Origin: Bdellovibrionota bacterium
GTDB taxonomy: Bacteria > Bdellovibrionota_C > UBA2361 > JAAYZI01
Direction of reading: 5' to 3'
DNA: 64,000 bases
Assembly (NCBI GenBank): GCA_050950765.1
Contig: JBMNIF010000002.1
Location: 192,001 to 256,000, forward strand
Part shown: piece by piece, positions 62,726 through 64,000 of the stretch
How the letters are laid out: every line of letters begins with the position of its first letter
Position numbering within the stretch: position 1 is the first letter of the stretch
Made by a program: the position numbers and the translations under genes
Notes under the pieces: model-generated
Seen by the model: only the letters and a program-made list of their open reading frames with translations
Database searches by the model: none
Told to the model about the DNA's origin: nothing

Positions 62726-63236
62726 AGTGCCACCCTTCAGCTTTGCCGCTTTGACGGGCTTGGATCTGGTGCCACCCTTCAGCTAAAAGTGGGTGTCCTA
62801 ATTAGGATCTAATAATATCAAGACGTTAGCAAAAGCCTACATTTGGCGGTTTTGGTTTGGCGGTTTTGGTGCCACCCTTCAGTAAGACGGGATCTGACGG
62901 ATTTGGCTGGGGGTGGATCTGGTGCCACCCACTAGGGACAGTAGAACGGGCTTCCACTGCAAAGCGAATCGGTTAGGTTTGAATGAAGGTCAAAAACTAA
63001 TAATATCAAGACGTTAGCAAAAGCTTAGCATTTGGCGGTTTTGGTGCCACCCACCAGTCGGTTAGGTTTTCACGGAGGTTTGGCGGTTTTGGTGCCACCC
63101 TTCAGTAAGACCGGATCTGACGGATTTGGCTGGGGTTGGATCTGGTGCCACCCTTCAGTTACAGCAGGACGGGTACAACTGCAGAGCGAATCGGCTAGGT
63201 CTGGACGGAGGTTAGAAATTTGGTGCCACCCACCAG
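62726..63236 (+). repeat. Modular repeat array, locus 3 left
   Basis: Eight GTGCCACCC cores (near 62728, 62767, 62866, 62920, 63041, 63089, 63143, 63220) separated by D, B, C and A modules. Confidence 0.92.
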
Positions 63237-63423
63237 TAAGAAGACCCCTCCCCTTGTATAATTTCGGGGGAGTTTAGGTTTTAAAGCTTCGCTTTCGTGG
63301 TTGGTGGCGTTAATTTAGAGGGCTTAAAACCTTTTTAAAACGTCAAAGAACTAAAAATTTTATTTTTTTGGTTAAAACTTATATCAAATGTGTCAAGTTT
63401 GTTTTGCGAAAGCCTTTCTCCTG

Positions 63424-63730
63424 TGGCGGCGGTTTTGGTGCCACCCTTCAGCTAAAGGTGGGTGTCCTAATTGCTCTTCCACCCACTAGGGACAGCAGTA
63501 CAACAGCAGAGCGTATCGGCTAGGTCTGTATGGTCAAAAATTTGGTGCCACCCACCAGTGCTACAAGACTTTAAAATCAGGATAGCCAACAATATCAGGA
63601 CGTTAGTAAAAGCCAAGCATTTGGTGAATTTGGTGCTACCCACTAGGGACGATCGCCCACTAGGGACGATCGAACGGGTTAATACTAAAAAATGAATTAG
63701 CTAGGTTTTAACGGAGGTTAAAAATTTGGT
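63424..63730 (+). repeat. Modular repeat array, locus 3 right
   Basis: Cores at 63435, 63542, 63630 and a truncated core at 63726 abutting the rdgB stop. Confidence 0.9.
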
Positions 63731-63732
63731 GA

Positions 63733-64000
63733 CTATTTTATAAAATCTGAATTAAAGAACTCTTCAAGAGCTTGCACGCGGTGTGTTTTAACAGGAGAGC
63801 CTTTACCTTTTAATTGCGCTAGAGTTTCATTATAACCATCGACAAGAAAGATCGAGTCGTAGCCGAAGCCGCCGCTACCGTATTCTGCTGTAGTGATCGA
63901 TCCATTTAAGACACCATAAAAATACTTAACCTCTCCACCATTGGAGAAACAGATAACTGATCTGAATTGTGCCTTCCGATTTTTCTCTCCATCCAAAACA
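63733..64000 (-). CDS. rdgB: Non-canonical purine NTP pyrophosphatase (RdgB/Ham1), 3' part only
   Basis: RKAQF.SVI, G.GGFGYDSIF, TLAQL, THR..AL. Confidence 0.88.
   Translation of the reverse strand, partial: VLDGEKNRKAQFRSVICFSNGGEVKYFYGVLNGSITTAEYGSGGFGYDSIFLVDGYNETLAQLKGKGSPVKTHRVQALEEFFNSDFIK

Noticed and set aside
63032..63695. ORFs 63032..63277 and 63471..63695
   Set aside because: Translations of the repeat modules (recurrent LVPP/WCHP); non-triplet period and no RBS

Overview
AT-rich bacterial chromosomal window. The gene content (sigma54-controlled flagellar export genes, AddAB, YihY-wHTH fusion, Pal, MlaA) suggests a Gram-negative, deltaproteobacterial-type lineage; this is inference only. 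It holds housekeeping genes (rarA, pal, tgt, yajC-secD-secF, addB/addA, queA, gmhA, mlaA, argS, tyrA, aspC, trmL, rdgB) and several signalling and envelope genes. There are two minus-strand flagellar clusters, flhB-flhA-flhG-orf-fliA and motA-motB'-motB''-fliM-fliN-fliO-fliP-fliQ-fliR, each preceded by a sigma54 promoter and a shared GTC-N8-GAC palindrome. The most unusual signal is a modular non-coding repeat family with about 30 copies of a TTGGTGCCACCC core, interchangeable modules and embedded IHF consensus sites, all in one orientation. It occurs at three loci, each built as array / hairpin + unique insert / array. Two inserts carry an orphan minus-strand ORF, and one locus lies between tgt and yajC-secDF. 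Also notable are two degenerate MotB paralogues (only one keeps the channel Asp), a receiver domain with Asp replaced by Glu, a transposase-like relic with TGA at a Trp position, and a pair of prepilin-like microproteins. No CRISPR array, cas, integrase, rRNA or tRNA was seen.
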